DNA of 64,000 nucleotides, taken from NCBI GenBank assembly GCA_963783575.1, contig CAWAOD010000011.1, forward strand, positions 544,001-608,000, written 5' to 3'. The notes beneath the pieces were generated by a model. The model did not search any database. It was not told the DNA's origin and was given only the letters and a program-made list of their open reading frames with translations. The translations under genes were made by a program, and so were the position numbers. This document shows, piece after piece, positions 10,113 to 20,120 of the stretch. The DNA comes from an uncultured Spirochaetota bacterium (GTDB lineage: Bacteria; Spirochaetota; Brevinematia; Brevinematales; JAOACQ01). Numbering within the stretch: position 1 is the first letter of the stretch; each line of letters opens with the position of its first letter.

Positions 10113-13100
10113 TTAAAATTCGCCTTCCACATATTTTGTTCCGGCTGGAGTTTCAGATGTTTTTTCTTTATGTGACCAGAGGATAGTTTCAATATATTCA
10201 GCCATATAAGAGACTGTAGGATCCTCAAAAATAACGTTATTGACCGGCAATTCAACTTGAAAATCCTTCCTCAGCCTTGAGATCAAACGGGCATTCATCA
10301 GGGAATCACCGCCTAACTCAAAAAAGTTGTCATAAATTCCGATGGGTTTTATGCCCAGAGTTTCTTCCCATATATTTATAATCGTTTTTTCCAGGTCATT
10401 TCGGGCGGGAGTATATTCTTTTTTCAGGTCTGGCCTGGAACCGAATGAAAGGGCTGAGTTTTCTGCGGTTGAATTATTAATTGAAAGATTAATGTCTGAA
10501 AGTATGATTTCATTCGGTTTAGATCCTGATATTACAACCTGCGGAGGTATCCCCCGGATCATAAGACGATCAAAAAGTTTTCCGGCGTTCTGTGGAATTT
10601 CGCGGCCGGTATTATCCCAATTTAACGTAATCCATTCGGTGCTGCTGAATTTATTGATTTCCCGGATAAATGAATCAAGCCAGGTATATAAAGATGAGTG
10701 AACCGGGGAATTTGAACTTCCGGTATACCCGGTAATAGCAGAGTTTACTGCGATGAAATCAGGGGGATTTTGTGAAACGGCAGTATTAAGATTATTAATC
10801 TCTTTTTTAACATTATTTATAAGACTATTAAAATCAATAATATTGAATGCGTTGAGTGAACTGATGGTTTGCTCCGCTAACAAAGCGGTTCCATACAGGA
10901 TACCGTCAACCCTGCCGGAAATCTCTGCCGCTTTTTTAAACACTTTTTCCATATCGCTTAATATTGTAAGATCTGCTTCTATAAAATCGATACCTGTAAT
11001 ATTTTTTAATTCGGCAGCATTTTCAGGAATAGTATAACCCGGGCGTTGAGTCATAATAATCTTGGCATTATACTTTTGAGCTAAATTCCGGGCAATCGAA
11101 ATTTCTATTTCATTGTGTGAATTTAGAAAAAGATAAGTGCCTTTTTCTTTCAATATACCGATATGATTAAATGGTTCTTCAAGCGTAACCGGTTCAAAAT
11201 CCTGAACCCAGCGTATATTCCTTCGATAAGCTGTTGCTTTATTTGCTTCTTCTATCATAATATCGGAAATAATGGTTTCCGCAAGACCTTCTGATTTGAT
11301 TTCTATTGCAGGATCTTCAGGGCTGATATCTATTAAACGGCATTTCAGATGCGGAAACAAAAGGGGAATAGTTTTCATTAAACCGATAACCGGCTGGAGG
11401 TTCAGATCGATCCGGTCATTAGAATTTATTTCAAATAGATTATTGAAGATCGAGGTAATCCTGATTTCTGATTTAATTTTACTTCCGGCTGTATAACTTG
11501 ATAATAAAAGAAGGTTTTGAAAATCGCTTATTCCCTCATCGGACTTCTGAAGTCCCCAAAGATATAAAATATTATCAATAGGTTTTTCCCGGTTCTGTAT
11601 TTCTTTAAATAATGTTAAATAATCTTCGGGGTTATCTGTGGATATAATGAACTGACCGCCATTGATCTTTTTATATCCTGAACCTCTTCGGATAATAATC
11701 AAATCCTGTCCCCGTTCCGATAAATTTCCGATTAATTTTTCACTAATTTCACTGTCATCAGTGAGAACCAGCCATGTGTTACCTTGCCGATAATTTTTCT
11801 TTAAAATGGGAACCATCGATTTTTTGAAAAAAGGCAGGTATATTTGTCCGGATAAATCCTGATAACCGGATGATGTTTTTTTTATTTGAGAAAGATCCGG
11901 ATAGATCCAGCATGGTTTTTTGTCGAAAGGGTAGGCCGGCAGCGATACCCTGCACCTGGATTCTTCCTTAAAATACTTGTCCCAATCAACAGTAACACCT
12001 GAGAGCCAGAGCTGCGACAAGGTTTGCTTTATGTGTAAAACCGGGCTAATATTTTCCTTTTCCTGAAGCATTGAATTCAATATGGTATGGTCTTTAGATA
12101 TCCCCGGATGCTGGCTGAGCAATGTTTTAAGAGTTCTACCCGGGCCAATTTCTAACAGAATCCAGTCGCTATTTTCCAGTAATATTCCGGAAGCATCATA
12201 AAACCTGACAGTATTCCGTAGATGATTGACCCAGTATTCCGGGTTTAAGGCATCGTCGCCCTTCATCCAGTCTCCGGTTAGAGTTGATACATAGGGAATA
12301 GTTGGTTTATTGAAACGGATTGTCTTTACTTTTTCTAAAAAAGCCGGAAGGATTTGGTCCAGCATTGAGGAATGGAATGCATGAGAAATACTGATCTTCC
12401 TGACGAAAATACCCTGGCCATCCAGATTTGTTTTTAGATTTGCGGTATTTTCTTTAGGTCCTGAAATGGCGCAAAGGGATTGACCGTTAACCGCTGCCAA
12501 TGATAAGCAACCGTTTAATAACGGAAGTATTTTCTCTTCTTCCAGAGAAACAAGCAGCATATCGCCTTCTGGAAGACTGTTAACAAGGCTTGCCATTGTT
12601 AATACAAGGTCGATGGTATCTTCTAAAGACATAACTCCGGCAAGACAGGCGGCTGTGTATTCTCCGATACTATGCCCGGTCATCGCTATTGGAATGATTC
12701 CCCATGATATCCAGAGCTTTGCAAGACTATACTCTATTATAAATATTGAAGGCTGTGAATATAACGCCGTATTTAATATTTCCATGGCTTTTTCAATATC
12801 ACCGGACTCGGGGTAAATAAATGATTTCAAATCTATCCCGGAAAACTTTGTCACGATAGTAAAACACTCATCCATTGTCTCCTTAAAAAAGGGCTCCGAT
12901 TCATACAACTCCTTCCCCATATTAACATACTGCGAGCCCTGCCCCGGAAATAAAAAGACAGTTTCTCTTCCTGTTTTCTCCTCAATTTTCCTGTATATTT
13001 TTGGAGAAGTAATATCACTCAGCGCATTCCTGGCTTCCTGTGCGTCCTTGCAGATAAATGAAAGACGGTGGCTGAAGGTTTTGCGTCCTGCGGCAAGTGT

Positions 13101-14588
13101 GAAGGAAGCATCCGGAAGGATTGAAGCTTTATCTGAACTGAAATAAACCGACATCTCCCTGGCTTTATTGACCAATGCCGTTTCAGATTTTGCAGATAGA
13201 TTGATTATATAATATTTAGAATTACCGGAATCTTTAGATTTTTCAGTAAACGGGGCTTCCTGCAAAATTACATGGGCATTTGTCCCTCCGATACCGAAAG
13301 AACTGACCCCGGCACGCCTTGGCGAGCCGATTGCAGGCCCTTGCGAATCCTTGGTTTTCCAGTCAACAGTAGTGGTATTGACGTAAAACGGGCTGTTTTT
13401 AAAATCGATCTTTGGGTTAGGAGTTTCAAAGTTCAGGCTGGCTGGAATCTTTTGGTACTTTAATGAAAGAACTGTTTTTACTAAACCTGCGACACCGGCC
13501 GCCGCGTCCAGATGCCCGATATTGGTTTTTACGGAACCGATCGCACATGAGTTTGGTTTGACATTGCCGGTATTAAAAGCCTTAGTAAGTGCGGCTATCT
13601 CAATAGGGTCGCCGATAGCCGTTCCGGTACCATGAGCTTCAATGTATGATATTGACTCGGGCTTCAAATTAGCCAGAGTTATTGCCTCGTAGATTACGGA
13701 AGCCTGTCTTTCGAGGCTGGGAGCAGTATATCCCGCTTTTAGAGAACCGTCATTATTGATTGCCGAACCTTTGATTATTGCATATATCTGATCATTGCCA
13801 TCCAGCGCTTCGGATAAAAGCTTCAGCACTACAATTCCAGCTCCGTTGCCGATTACTGTCCCCTGGGCTTTTGCATCAAAAGCACGGCAGCGGCCGTCAG
13901 GAGAAAGAACAATACCTTCGTTATAGAGGTATCCTGATTTTTGCGGAATCCTGAGGGAAACTCCTCCCGCAAGGGCCATATCGCATTCTCCAAGCCGAAT
14001 GGCCTGGCAGGCCGTATGTACTGCAACTAATGATGTTGAACAGGCTGTTTGTATTGTTAAGCTAGGGCCTTTCAGATTTAGTTTATATGAAATCCTTGTC
14101 GCAAGAAAATCTTTGTCGCTAGCAACCATTATATGATACCCGCCTCCTTCTTCCATAAGGTTCCTGTGAGACTGAAGATTATTATATAAATAAGTGTTCA
14201 TTCCTGTACCGGCATAAACTCCAATCCTGCCCCGGTAAATTTCGGGATTGTACCCTGAGTCTTCAAGAGCCTTCCAGGCTTGTTCCAAAAACAGTCTTTG
14301 CTGAGGATCCACAAAGGAGGCTTCACGCGGGCTATAATCAAAAAACGGCGCATCGAAATTTTCGATGTTGTCAATTATGCCGCTTGATCTTACATACCGC
14401 GGATTATTGTATATTTCAGAACTGATTCCGGAGGCTTTTAATTCATCATCGGTAAATGTAGAGATACAGTCCCTTCCCGCTGCAAGGTTTTTCCAGAAGA
14501 TTTCCGCATTTTCAGATTTTGGGAAACAGCAAGATAAACCAACGATTGCTATATCGTTCGGATTGATTTCTTCAATATATTTTTTCAT
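10113..14588 (-). CDS. Type I cis-AT PKS module KS-AT(malonyl)-KR(inactive)-ACP with C-terminal docking motif
   Basis: KS: DPQQR, QTACSTS, EAHGTGT, KTNIGH. AT: GQGSQ, GHSIG, HAFHS (malonyl). KR fold lacks GGxGxxG and the catalytic Tyr. ACP: GGDSL. Start placed at ATG 14588 (MKKYIEEINPNDIAIVG) rather than 14663. Confidence 0.95.
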   Translation of the reverse strand: MKKYIEEINPNDIAIVGLSCCFPKSENAEIFWKNLAAGRDCISTFTDDELKASGISSEIYNNPRYVRSSGIIDNIENFDAPFFDYSPREASFVDPQQRLFLEQAWKALEDSGYNPEIYRGRIGVYAGTGMNTYLYNNLQSHRNLMEEGGGYHIMVASDKDFLATRISYKLNLKGPSLTIQTACSTSLVAVHTACQAIRLGECDMALAGGVSLRIPQKSGYLYNEGIVLSPDGRCRAFDAKAQGTVIGNGAGIVVLKLLSEALDGNDQIYAIIKGSAINNDGSLKAGYTAPSLERQASVIYEAITLANLKPESISYIEAHGTGTAIGDPIEIAALTKAFNTGNVKPNSCAIGSVKTNIGHLDAAAGVAGLVKTVLSLKYQKIPASLNFETPNPKIDFKNSPFYVNTTTVDWKTKDSQGPAIGSPRRAGVSSFGIGGTNAHVILQEAPFTEKSKDSGNSKYYIINLSAKSETALVNKAREMSVYFSSDKASILPDASFTLAAGRKTFSHRLSFICKDAQEARNALSDITSPKIYRKIEEKTGRETVFLFPGQGSQYVNMGKELYESEPFFKETMDECFTIVTKFSGIDLKSFIYPESGDIEKAMEILNTALYSQPSIFIIEYSLAKLWISWGIIPIAMTGHSIGEYTAACLAGVMSLEDTIDLVLTMASLVNSLPEGDMLLVSLEEEKILPLLNGCLSLAAVNGQSLCAISGPKENTANLKTNLDGQGIFVRKISISHAFHSSMLDQILPAFLEKVKTIRFNKPTIPYVSTLTGDWMKGDDALNPEYWVNHLRNTVRFYDASGILLENSDWILLEIGPGRTLKTLLSQHPGISKDHTILNSMLQEKENISPVLHIKQTLSQLWLSGVTVDWDKYFKEESRCRVSLPAYPFDKKPCWIYPDLSQIKKTSSGYQDLSGQIYLPFFKKSMVPILKKNYRQGNTWLVLTDDSEISEKLIGNLSERGQDLIIIRRGSGYKKINGGQFIISTDNPEDYLTLFKEIQNREKPIDNILYLWGLQKSDEGISDFQNLLLLSSYTAGSKIKSEIRITSIFNNLFEINSNDRIDLNLQPVIGLMKTIPLLFPHLKCRLIDISPEDPAIEIKSEGLAETIISDIMIEEANKATAYRRNIRWVQDFEPVTLEEPFNHIGILKEKGTYLFLNSHNEIEISIARNLAQKYNAKIIMTQRPGYTIPENAAELKNITGIDFIEADLTILSDMEKVFKKAAEISGRVDGILYGTALLAEQTISSLNAFNIIDFNSLINNVKKEINNLNTAVSQNPPDFIAVNSAITGYTGSSNSPVHSSLYTWLDSFIREINKFSSTEWITLNWDNTGREIPQNAGKLFDRLMIRGIPPQVVISGSKPNEIILSDINLSINNSTAENSALSFGSRPDLKKEYTPARNDLEKTIINIWEETLGIKPIGIYDNFFELGGDSLMNARLISRLRKDFQVELPVNNVIFEDPTVSYMAEYIETILWSHKEKTSETPAGTKYVEGEF

Positions 14589-14697
14589 ATATTTACCATC
14601 CAATTTTCTTATTCGATATAAAGAGGAAGCCTGTTTGATTGTCAATTCCTCAATTTTAATCAAGAAAGAATTATATCTGGATCAAACGGCATGTTTG

Positions 14698-17600
14698 TTA
14701 AAAATCAAGACGGCTCTTTTTTCTCAAATCCCTCTGGGAATCTATTTGAGAAATTTTATTTTTCCTGGCCTCCACATTTTCTTCATCGAGAGTTTTTCCT
14801 GCATATGATGTATTTTGCGAAAGGTAAACCGCCAGAGAAGAAATTGTCGGATATTGAAACATCTCGACTATGCTGATGGGTTTTTCGGGAAATTCCGGTT
14901 CTAACTTTGTATGCATCTGTACCATAAGCATAGAGTTTCCGCCAAGCTCAAAAAAATTATCATTAACACCGATCTTATCAAGCTTAAGTGCATCCTGCCA
15001 GATAAGTGCGATCTTTTGTTCCATATGGCTTTTTGGTGCAACATAAACGCTTTCCAGTTCCGGCCTGATATAGTCCGGCACCGGCAGTGTTTTCCGGTCT
15101 ATCTTTCCATTTGGTGTTTTTGGAAATTCTTTTAAAAACACGAAATAAGAAGGGATCATATATTCAGGAAGTTTCTCTATAAGATAATGCCGCAGACCGC
15201 TTGTAGTAACCCCTGGATTTGAGCAGATGCAATATGCGATTAGCCTTTTGTCCTGAGGTTTATCCTCACGGACTATGACTATCGACTCTTTTATCGATTC
15301 ATGCTTTGAAAGCACGCTTTCAATTTCTCCAAGTTCTATCCGAAATCCTCGGATCTTCACCTGAAAATCGCTGCGTGATAAGAATTCAATATTGCCATCC
15401 GGCAGGTATCTGGCAAGATCTCCTGTTTTATATATTCTTGATTCATTATCATTAATAAAAGGATTTTTAATAAACCGTTCATCCGTTAATTCTTTCCTGT
15501 TGTAATATCCGCGGGCAACTCCATCCCCGCCGATGTAAAGATCTCCGGTTACTCCAACCGGTACCGGATTAAACCTGCTGTCCAGGATATACATTTGGGT
15601 ATTGTCAATCGGTTTTCCGATAGGGATTGGATACCGCACTTCTTCAATTTTGTAAATACTTGACCAGACTGTGGTTTCAGTAGGGCCGTACATATTCCAG
15701 ACTTCACCTGAACATTGCACGAGCTTTTCTGCAAGCTCCGGTGGAAAAGCCTCTCCGCCGCAGAGAATTTTCAAAGTTTTGCTGCCCTTCCAGCCGTTAT
15801 CCAGTAGAAGTCTCCAGACAGAAGGTGTTGCCTGCATAACTGTCACGTTGTTTTTATCGATTTCTTCAGCAAGGGCTTTTCCATCAGTAATAGTTTTCTG
15901 GTTCATAAGAATAACCTTAGCCCCTGTTGTAAGAGGCAGGAAGATTTCAAGGCCAGCGATATCGAATGAAATGGTTGTGACTGACAATAAGGTATCTTCC
16001 TCTATTAGACCGGGATTCTTCCGCATTGAGTTAAGAAAATTTACTATTGCGCGGTGAGGAATCTGAACGCCTTTCGGCTTTCCTGTTGAACCGGAAGTAT
16101 ATATCATATAAGCCAGGTTATGAAGGCTAACTTTTATATCCGGATTCAGTGAACTTTCTTTATTAATGTCTTCATTATCTTTATCCAGGCAGACCGGCTT
16201 GATAAAAGGGAAAGAAAAATAGTGCAGGAATTTTTCCTCGGTGATGGAAGGAATAGCGCCATTCTGCGAAATATCTTCAAGAATCAATGCGATTCTGTCT
16301 TTCGGATAAATGGGGTCAAGCGGCAAATAATAGCCTCCGGCCTTTAATATCCCTAATAATGCTGCGATAAGATTTAGCGAGCGTTCAAGGCAGACCGGCA
16401 CTACCGATTCTTCCTTAACACCAATCCGCTTCAGATAATGTGCGATACGGTTTGCTCTTTGGTTAAGTTCGCTGTATGTAATGGATTCTCCTTCAAAAAG
16501 GATTGCTATCGCGTCCGGTCTTTTATCTGCCTGTGCTTCGAAAAGTTTGAACAACGGCTTGTTCGGGTATTCTGCTTTTGTAGAATTCCATTCCCGCAAG
16601 AGTTGATCTTTTTTCGAATCGGGAAGAAATTGCATTGATGTTAACGGGTTTTTCATATCCCGGCAGACAACATCAAGTAATGTGATAAACTCAGTGCTCA
16701 TTCGCTGTATTGTATCTTTTGTGAAAAGACCGGTATTATACTGGAATGAAAAAGCAAATCGATTTTCAATGTCTGCTGCCAGAAGGGTCAGATCAAATTG
16801 AGATGATTGGCATCCAAGCGGAAGAAGCCTGACTTTTAGTCCCGAAATATCTGTATCTATAGGCATTTCGTTCAATGAAAACCCTGATAAACCTGCAAGT
16901 TCCGGGTTCGGTGATTTCTGGTATGAAAACATAATTTGAAAAATCGGCGAGCGGCTTAAATCACGGGCCGACTGGAGCTTGTCCACAATAAGTTTAAAAG
17001 GATAATATTGGTTTTCAAATACTCTAAGTACATTGGTCCTTACAGTTTCTAGTAAATTCCGGAAGCTTTCGCTGCCTTCAAACCGAGTCCTGATAGGTAT
17101 TGGGTTTATGAAATAACCGCTAATCGGGAAAAACTGCGCGCTTTTACGGCTTGCGCTGGGCGTACCGACAATAATATCCATCTGTCCGGTATAGCGGTAT
17201 AAAAAAACATAAAAAACCGACAGCAAAAATACAAAAGGCGTGCAATTGTATTGACCGCATAACCGTCTGATTTCATCACTCAATGGCTTTCCTGTTTCTG
17301 TAAATACCGAATCTCCTTTAAATGTCTGAACGGGAGGTCGCGGCAAGTCCGTATTTATGCTCACAGGTTGAATATCTCCGCTTAATTCTTTCTTCCAGAA
17401 TTCTTCCGCCGGCTGATTTTTTTCAAGGTATTCCCGTTGCCATTCTATAAAATGATAATATGATCCGCTTTCTTTTATTTCTCCTGCTGTTCCGGTTTTT
17501 TTTATCCTTGAGTAATACCCGCCAAGGTCTGAAGCTAAATAAGACAGCGACCAGAAATCGGTAATAATATGGTGGAACACTAACAACAGCAGATAATCCC

Positions 17601-20076
17601 CGGTGTTCTGCTTTCCGATGAAAACTCTCCATAAGGGTAATGTTTCCAGATCGAAAGGTTCGTTAGCTTTTTGGATCAACAATTCTTTGCAGGCTGATTC
17701 GCTTAAATTCATAAGATCAAGTTTTTTCATTTCAAAAACAAATTCTTTTTCAATTTTTTGCAGTACATTGCCGTCTTTCATGATAAACCTTGTCCTGAGA
17801 GCAGGATGCATTCGTGTCAAGGCGGTAAAAGCTTTTTCCAGGGCATTGCAGTCAAGTGGTTCGATCATTTTAAAAGCATATGATAAATTATACGCGGAAT
17901 TTGCCGGCGACATCTTCTGGATGAACCAGAGTGCCTGTTGACCCTGAGACAAAGGATATTCATCCGGTATAACTTTATCTGCGCTGGAACGAATGACTTC
18001 AGCGATATTTTCCATGCGGTCCAGAATAAGCCCGCTCATTTTTTGTATGCTGATTCCTTCAAGAATTTCAGCCATAGAAATATTAACCCTTAACGAAACC
18101 TCGATTAAATGAGTCAGATCAATAGTCATCAGCGAATCAAGACCATAAACCGCCAGATTTTCCAGGATATCGATTTCATCCTCACGTCTCTTCAGGATTT
18201 TTGAAATTTTCTTCCTGAGATACATCGAAATAATATTCTGTTTGTCGGCTTTCTGACTGACCAGTTTTAATGTTGATAAAATGAAATCATCTACCTCAGG
18301 TGATTCAGCTTTAGTATTAGTTTCTATAATTTCAGGCTGATTTTGGTTCATTTCTTCAATAATACTTTTGCCGATAATCTGCAGATCATCTTCCAGGAAT
18401 TTCTTTTTGCAAAGCTGCCTCTGGATTTTACCGCTGGAGGTCTTGGGTATGCTCATAAAGCGGATAAAAACGATGGTATAAAGCTGTATTTCAAATTGTT
18501 CCGAAACCGCTTTTCTCGCAGCATCTACGATTTCTTTTAAATCTTGCTTCGCGAAATCACGCTTTATCTCAAACACTCCTGCCAGCTTTTCTTCGCCCTC
18601 AGCCTCAATTGAAAAAGCCGCGGAACTTCCGGGAACAAAACCAGGATGGCTTTTTTCAATAACGTATTCAATATCCTGAGGGTAGAAATTTCTTCCTCGG
18701 ATAATTATCAAATCTTTAATCCGGCCAGAAATATACAGTTCACCGTTCCTTAAGAAGCCAAGGTCGCCGGTCCGTAAAAACGGGCCTTCTCCGTCAGATA
18801 AAACCGCTCCGAATGTCTTTGTAGTTTGTTCTTCCTGTTTCCAGTAACCGCCGGCCACGCTCTTACTTGCTGTCCAGACTTCACCGATTTCCGAATCGCC
18901 GCATTCCGTCAGTTTCTCCGGATCTACGATTTTTACTTTTACATCTTTAAAAACCTTGCCGGAACTGACTAAAGTCTTGCTGTTATCACCTGTAGAAATT
19001 TCTACCAGATTTCTGCCGAGTTTATCTGCGTCAATATCGATAGAAAGATGTAGTTCAAGATAGTTTTTACCAGTAACTATTAGTGTTCCTTCAGCCAGGC
19101 CGTGACATGGGTGAAACGCTTCCTTTCTGAATCCGTATTCCTTGAATGTGTCATAAAACTTAAGCATTGTATCTTCGCGGACCGGTTCTGCCCCGTTAAA
19201 TGCAACTTCCCAGGATGAAAGATCAAGTTGTTTTTTTTCTTCTTCCGTGATCTTTTGAACGCAAAGTTCATAGGCAAAATTCGGACCCCCGCTGGTTGTG
19301 GCTTTGTAGTCGCTAACCGCTTTAAGCCAGGTAAAAGGTTTCTGTAAAAATGAGAACGGCGACATTAATGTTACGGGAAAGCCTCCGTATATTGGCTCAA
19401 GAATTCCTCCGACAAGACCCATATCATGATAAGGAGGCAGCCAGACAACACCACGGCTTTGGTTATTTAGCCCGAAATTATTATGAATCGTTTCAAGGTT
19501 ATGTATGACATTTTCATAGGTTATCATTACACCTTTCGGGTTGGAAGTCGATCCGGAAGTATATTGCAGATAAGCCAGTTCATTCTGACGGACGTTTACA
19601 GGTTTATAATTATTAATCGAATCATTGGGAATAGCTTCAAAATCAATCCATTCAATGTTCTTTAATGCCGGTTTTGTTTCAAATAATTTATCCATTTTCA
19701 TTAATATGCTTTGTACGGTCAATACAATAGCTGCACCGGCGTCCTGAAGCATGGTTTCGATTCTTATGTCAGCCCGGTTGATTTTTGGCGGGTACGACGG
19801 CACCGGGACCATACCGGCGTATAAACATGCGAAAAATCCTGTAATATAATCAAGTCCAGGCTGGAAGAAAAGCAGGATCCGGTCGTTTCTTTTACCGATC
19901 ATCTGAAGGTATCCGGCGGTATTTCTGACCCGCTTGTCAAACTCCGCGTAAGTATATATTAATGGAACTTCCGAAGCATCGGTTATGAAAGTGTATGCCG
20001 TCTTGTCCGGGTCACTTAAAGCAAGATTTTTTAAAATATCCGGAATGGATAATTGCTTTTGATTATCTTGTTTCAC
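14698..20076 (-). CDS. NRPS initiation protein FAAL-ACP-C-A(Gly)-PCP
   Basis: FAAL: YLQYTSGSTSNPKG, WLPPYHDMGL, GGPNFAY, GRNFYPQDIE, PKTSSGKIQR. ACP: GLDSL. C: HHIITD. A: FDIAGLE, MQATPS, NMYGPTETTVWS, giving a by-eye code DILQLGMVWK (Gly type). PCP: GGNSM. GTG start with GAGGG upstream. Confidence 0.95.
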   Translation of the reverse strand: MKQDNQKQLSIPDILKNLALSDPDKTAYTFITDASEVPLIYTYAEFDKRVRNTAGYLQMIGKRNDRILLFFQPGLDYITGFFACLYAGMVPVPSYPPKINRADIRIETMLQDAGAAIVLTVQSILMKMDKLFETKPALKNIEWIDFEAIPNDSINNYKPVNVRQNELAYLQYTSGSTSNPKGVMITYENVIHNLETIHNNFGLNNQSRGVVWLPPYHDMGLVGGILEPIYGGFPVTLMSPFSFLQKPFTWLKAVSDYKATTSGGPNFAYELCVQKITEEEKKQLDLSSWEVAFNGAEPVREDTMLKFYDTFKEYGFRKEAFHPCHGLAEGTLIVTGKNYLELHLSIDIDADKLGRNLVEISTGDNSKTLVSSGKVFKDVKVKIVDPEKLTECGDSEIGEVWTASKSVAGGYWKQEEQTTKTFGAVLSDGEGPFLRTGDLGFLRNGELYISGRIKDLIIIRGRNFYPQDIEYVIEKSHPGFVPGSSAAFSIEAEGEEKLAGVFEIKRDFAKQDLKEIVDAARKAVSEQFEIQLYTIVFIRFMSIPKTSSGKIQRQLCKKKFLEDDLQIIGKSIIEEMNQNQPEIIETNTKAESPEVDDFILSTLKLVSQKADKQNIISMYLRKKISKILKRREDEIDILENLAVYGLDSLMTIDLTHLIEVSLRVNISMAEILEGISIQKMSGLILDRMENIAEVIRSSADKVIPDEYPLSQGQQALWFIQKMSPANSAYNLSYAFKMIEPLDCNALEKAFTALTRMHPALRTRFIMKDGNVLQKIEKEFVFEMKKLDLMNLSESACKELLIQKANEPFDLETLPLWRVFIGKQNTGDYLLLLVFHHIITDFWSLSYLASDLGGYYSRIKKTGTAGEIKESGSYYHFIEWQREYLEKNQPAEEFWKKELSGDIQPVSINTDLPRPPVQTFKGDSVFTETGKPLSDEIRRLCGQYNCTPFVFLLSVFYVFLYRYTGQMDIIVGTPSASRKSAQFFPISGYFINPIPIRTRFEGSESFRNLLETVRTNVLRVFENQYYPFKLIVDKLQSARDLSRSPIFQIMFSYQKSPNPELAGLSGFSLNEMPIDTDISGLKVRLLPLGCQSSQFDLTLLAADIENRFAFSFQYNTGLFTKDTIQRMSTEFITLLDVVCRDMKNPLTSMQFLPDSKKDQLLREWNSTKAEYPNKPLFKLFEAQADKRPDAIAILFEGESITYSELNQRANRIAHYLKRIGVKEESVVPVCLERSLNLIAALLGILKAGGYYLPLDPIYPKDRIALILEDISQNGAIPSITEEKFLHYFSFPFIKPVCLDKDNEDINKESSLNPDIKVSLHNLAYMIYTSGSTGKPKGVQIPHRAIVNFLNSMRKNPGLIEEDTLLSVTTISFDIAGLEIFLPLTTGAKVILMNQKTITDGKALAEEIDKNNVTVMQATPSVWRLLLDNGWKGSKTLKILCGGEAFPPELAEKLVQCSGEVWNMYGPTETTVWSSIYKIEEVRYPIPIGKPIDNTQMYILDSRFNPVPVGVTGDLYIGGDGVARGYYNRKELTDERFIKNPFINDNESRIYKTGDLARYLPDGNIEFLSRSDFQVKIRGFRIELGEIESVLSKHESIKESIVIVREDKPQDKRLIAYCICSNPGVTTSGLRHYLIEKLPEYMIPSYFVFLKEFPKTPNGKIDRKTLPVPDYIRPELESVYVAPKSHMEQKIALIWQDALKLDKIGVNDNFFELGGNSMLMVQMHTKLEPEFPEKPISIVEMFQYPTISSLAVYLSQNTSYAGKTLDEENVEARKNKISQIDSQRDLRKKSRLDF

Positions 20077-20120
20077 ATTGATGCCCTCTTTTTTTCTTTT
20101 TCACAATGATGCTAACAGCT

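Noticed and set aside
14589..14663. N-terminal extension of the PKS given in the ORF track
   Set aside because: KS homology starts just after ATG 14588; the upstream 25 codons look like intergenic sequence
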